From an uncultured Gammaproteobacteria bacterium (lineage in GTDB: Bacteria; Pseudomonadota; Gammaproteobacteria; SZUA-229), in NCBI GenBank assembly GCA_963807625.1, contig CAWECN010000020.1, positions 118,270 to 182,269 on the forward strand: a stretch of DNA of 64,000 nt, written 5' to 3'. Below are positions 61,465 through 64,000 of the stretch, piece after piece. Position numbers and translations under genes: made by a program. Positions within the stretch are counted from its first letter, which is position 1, and every line of letters starts with the position of its first letter. The notes beneath the pieces are model-generated. The model had not been told where the DNA came from and made no database searches. It saw nothing but the letters and a program-made list of their open reading frames with translations.

Positions 61465-62082
61465 ATGTTAAAGGTTGGGCTAACCGGTGGTATCGGAAGC
61501 GGCAAAACCTCTGTCTCGAACCTGTTTGAAAAACTGGGTACTCCCGTAATCGACACGGATGTTATTGCACATGATCTCGTCAATAACAATGAGAATGTCC
61601 TGCAGCAGATAACGGATACATTTGGCGCTGACGTACTGAAGCTCAACGGCGAACTCAACAGGAAGAAGCTGGCTCAACTGGTTTTTAACAATAAAGAAAA
61701 CAAACAGTCATTAGAAAAGATATTACATCCGAAGATCGAAAGTGAAGTTCTTCATCAGATAAAGAACTTAAGCTCCAACCATAACCCGCCTGCTTACGTA
61801 ATTATCGTAGTACCCCTGCTGATCGAGGCAAACTACCGCGACCTTATCGACCGAATACTTACCGTGATTGCAGATGAAGAGATCCGGGTCAGACGTGTCC
61901 AGCAGCGTGACAACCGAAGCCTGAGTGAAATTCGAGCAATAATTAGCAACCAGGTCGATGATAGTACGAGACTCAACGAAGCTGATGATATCATCGAAAA
62001 TAACAGCGATATCAATATGATAGAAAAGCAGGTCGAAAATCTACATGAAAAGTATCTGCATTTATCCAGGGCGATTACATAA
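61465..62082 (+). CDS. coaE: dephospho-CoA kinase
   Basis: The real start is the ATG at 61465 (MLKVGLTGGIGSGKTSV, a P-loop), 1 nt after the pilD stop. The ORF track's 61381 start overlaps pilD. Confidence 0.9.
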   Translation: MLKVGLTGGIGSGKTSVSNLFEKLGTPVIDTDVIAHDLVNNNENVLQQITDTFGADVLKLNGELNRKKLAQLVFNNKENKQSLEKILHPKIESEVLHQIKNLSSNHNPPAYVIIVVPLLIEANYRDLIDRILTVIADEEIRVRRVQQRDNRSLSEIRAIISNQVDDSTRLNEADDIIENNSDINMIEKQVENLHEKYLHLSRAIT

Positions 62083-62180
62083 AAATACTATCATCCAGTG
62101 TAGAAAAAAAGTGTAAAATTTGCTGAAATATTAGCCAGACCTTATTTAACACCTCTTAATCAATAGCAAGAAGCTACACT

Positions 62181-62951
62181 GTGACCGAAACCCACGTTTA
62201 CGAACAACCGTTGAATGAAAAAGTACGCGCTTTCCTGCGCCTGGAAAAGCTGTTCCAGCAATATGCCTTTCATCTGCAACACGGTTCAGACTGGAACAAT
62301 CGCGTGGCGATCGATTCGATACTAGAGATCCTGGCATACACCACTCGCAGCGACATCAAACTGGAAGTTCTAAAAGAGCTCGAGCGACAGCATACCCGCC
62401 TTGAACGTCTATCCAAACGCCCGCAGATCGATCAGTCACAACTTGCTTCTGTATTAAAAAATATACAGAAACGGATGGGTGAACTACAGGCTATTAGTGG
62501 GCAGGTCGGACAAGATACTAAAAATGTCGAATTACTCACCGCCATCGCGCAGAAGAGTTCGGTTCCAGGCAGCATCTGTGACTTTGACCTGCCCGCACTC
62601 AAGCACTGGCTGACACTACCCAAAGAACAGCGGCAGAAACACATCGAGAAATGGTTTCAGCCTTTTGCTCACCTCGATCGCGCAGTGCATTTGATATTAG
62701 ACGTATTAAGACATAGCGCCGAAGACACCGAGGAAGTTGCAGATAACGGTTTTTTTCAAAAGTCACTCGACACAAACCAGGCTATCCAGCTACTTCGTAT
62801 ATCCGTACCTGACAATGTTTTATGTTACCCAGAGATAAGCGCCGGAAAACATCGTTTCTCGGTTCGTTTCATGAAAAATGAAGACCCTGCTATGCGACCT
62901 GAACAGTGTCAGGATGATGTCAGTTTCAAATTAAAGATGTGCGCGATTTAA
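62181..62951 (+). CDS. zapD: cell division protein ZapD (YacF)
   Basis: 256 aa. The coaE-zapD-mutT neighbourhood matches E. coli. Confidence 0.85.
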   Translation: MTETHVYEQPLNEKVRAFLRLEKLFQQYAFHLQHGSDWNNRVAIDSILEILAYTTRSDIKLEVLKELERQHTRLERLSKRPQIDQSQLASVLKNIQKRMGELQAISGQVGQDTKNVELLTAIAQKSSVPGSICDFDLPALKHWLTLPKEQRQKHIEKWFQPFAHLDRAVHLILDVLRHSAEDTEEVADNGFFQKSLDTNQAIQLLRISVPDNVLCYPEISAGKHRFSVRFMKNEDPAMRPEQCQDDVSFKLKMCAI

Positions 62952-62960
62952 GCAATATAA

Positions 62961-63917
62961 TCATTTGTGCCATAATGCACTGATAGCTGCTATTCCCTGG
63001 GCGCCATGCGCCCATGCGCTTTCCATGTCGGCAACAGATACACCACCCAAAGCATACACTGGCATAGTGCATCCACCTGTTAAATCTGAAAATTGTTGCC
63101 ATCCCAGTGGCTCCATCTCCGGATGACTCGCTGTTTTCTGAACTGGAGACAGCACTACAAAATCAGCGTTTAACTGTTTCGCTTTCTGTAGTTCGTCCTG
63201 GTTGTGACAGGATGCAGAAAACAACTTTCCATCAGGTCTTCGTGATAACTTATTCAGCATTCGACTGTCAGCGTGATAACCATCAAATTCGATTTTCGAT
63301 ATATCGATAGATCGCAGATGATTTTGGGGAATATTTAATAACAACTTAGCATTGGCCTGCGTGCATAGCGCTGATGATTTCTGTAGCAGTGAACTGATCT
63401 CATCTATACTAAGACTATCGTCCTTAAGACGAAACTGTATCAGTTTGACATCTTTATCGAGAGCATTTGTAAGCTTCATCAGGAAGTCATCCTGGTCATT
63501 GAATTTTCCAGTAATCAGATATCTGTCCGGTAATTGTACCGCTTTGATAATCGGATAGTTCGCTATCGGAAATTCATATGAAGACAGCTGGTCGACAGGT
63601 ATCCATTCAATCTTTTGACCTTCGACTCCTTTAGCCTGTCCGGTATAGCTGAGCACCCTGTGCACATGCAGACAGACTTTTCTATCATGATAGTCATGCA
63701 GAACCTTAATCAATGGACGTGATTCATTTATCTCAAGATCCAGCTCTTCTTTGATCTCGCGTATCAGCGCCAGCTCAGCTGTCTCATGCTGTTCGATTTT
63801 ACCGCCGGGAAACTCCCATAAACCGCCCTGGTGGGTACCCTCGTGGCGCAAACTGATACAGACATCACCCTCATCATTCACAATGACGGCAACTGCTACG
63901 TGAATAATATCCGGCAT
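62961..63917 (-). CDS. mutT: Nudix (MutT-like) hydrolase fused to a thiamine-phosphate-synthase/TenI-like domain
   Basis: 318 aa. N-terminal Nudix box GGKIEQHETAELALIREIKEELDL; C-terminal TMP-TENI-type TIM-barrel region (..YALGGVSVADME..). The same fusion architecture occurs in Pseudomonas MutT homologues. Confidence 0.8.
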   Translation of the reverse strand: MPDIIHVAVAVIVNDEGDVCISLRHEGTHQGGLWEFPGGKIEQHETAELALIREIKEELDLEINESRPLIKVLHDYHDRKVCLHVHRVLSYTGQAKGVEGQKIEWIPVDQLSSYEFPIANYPIIKAVQLPDRYLITGKFNDQDDFLMKLTNALDKDVKLIQFRLKDDSLSIDEISSLLQKSSALCTQANAKLLLNIPQNHLRSIDISKIEFDGYHADSRMLNKLSRRPDGKLFSASCHNQDELQKAKQLNADFVVLSPVQKTASHPEMEPLGWQQFSDLTGGCTMPVYALGGVSVADMESAWAHGAQGIAAISALWHK

Positions 63918-64000
63918 GAAAACCCCAGGTTTCGATTAAATGTTTTAAGAGCGGTACTCTGAGTTGATACGGACATATTCATGCGACAGGTCTGATGTCC

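Noticed and set aside
62952-62960. Expected yacG (small zinc-finger gyrase inhibitor) between zapD and mutT, as in E. coli
   Set aside because: There is no space or ORF for it here; the gene is simply absent from this position. Not an anomaly worth a finding.

Overview
This 64-kb window is almost entirely gene-dense core chromosome from a gammaproteobacterium. It carries a soxXYZA thiosulfate-oxidation cluster, so the organism is probably a lithotrophic sulfur oxidizer. Its synteny blocks resemble E. coli and Pseudomonas; I judge overall GC to be moderate (low-to-mid 40s %) by eye, not by calculation.

Recognisable blocks, in order:
- lptG-lptF divergent from pepA, followed by an acidic ORF in the slot where holC would normally sit, then valS
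- a small operon: hypothetical protein, DUF1415-like, DUF1304-like and an MBL-fold hydrolase
- prfC, a metalloprotease lipoprotein, rimI and a psi/UDG-like gene
- leuA, pssA, ilvC, ilvH and ilvI, all on the minus strand
- a secreted protein plus a FadL-family outer-membrane transporter, flanked by terminators
- bepA
- soxX, soxY, soxZ, soxA
- tRNA-Lys(UUU)
- queC and queE
- the complete tol-pal cluster: cpoB, pal, tolB, tolA, tolR, tolQ, ybgC
- ruvB, ruvA, ruvC, yebC
- an ~820-bp gene-free gap
- an alpha/beta hydrolase, nadA, aspS, an FmdB-like gene and an SDR
- a degraded sensor/EAL pseudogene
- clpB with a sigma-32 promoter, pgeF, rluD, bamD, nadE
- a type IV pilus locus: pilS, pilR, two tandem pilA paralogs each with its own sigma-54 promoter, pilB, pilC, pilD
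- coaE, zapD and a Nudix-ThiE fusion (mutT-like)

I found no CRISPR array, no transposase or integrase and no obvious defense island.

The most unusual feature is the ~820-bp gap between yebC and the hydrolase. It contains a ~0.66-kb gene-free element built from nested perfect palindromes and bounded by 51-bp perfect inverted repeats. A second, smaller family of long-stem hairpin repeats (stems CCGCAGAG...CTCTGCGG) occurs after valS and between ilvC and pssA.

All calls are made by eye from the sequence and the ORF translations. No database searches were run.
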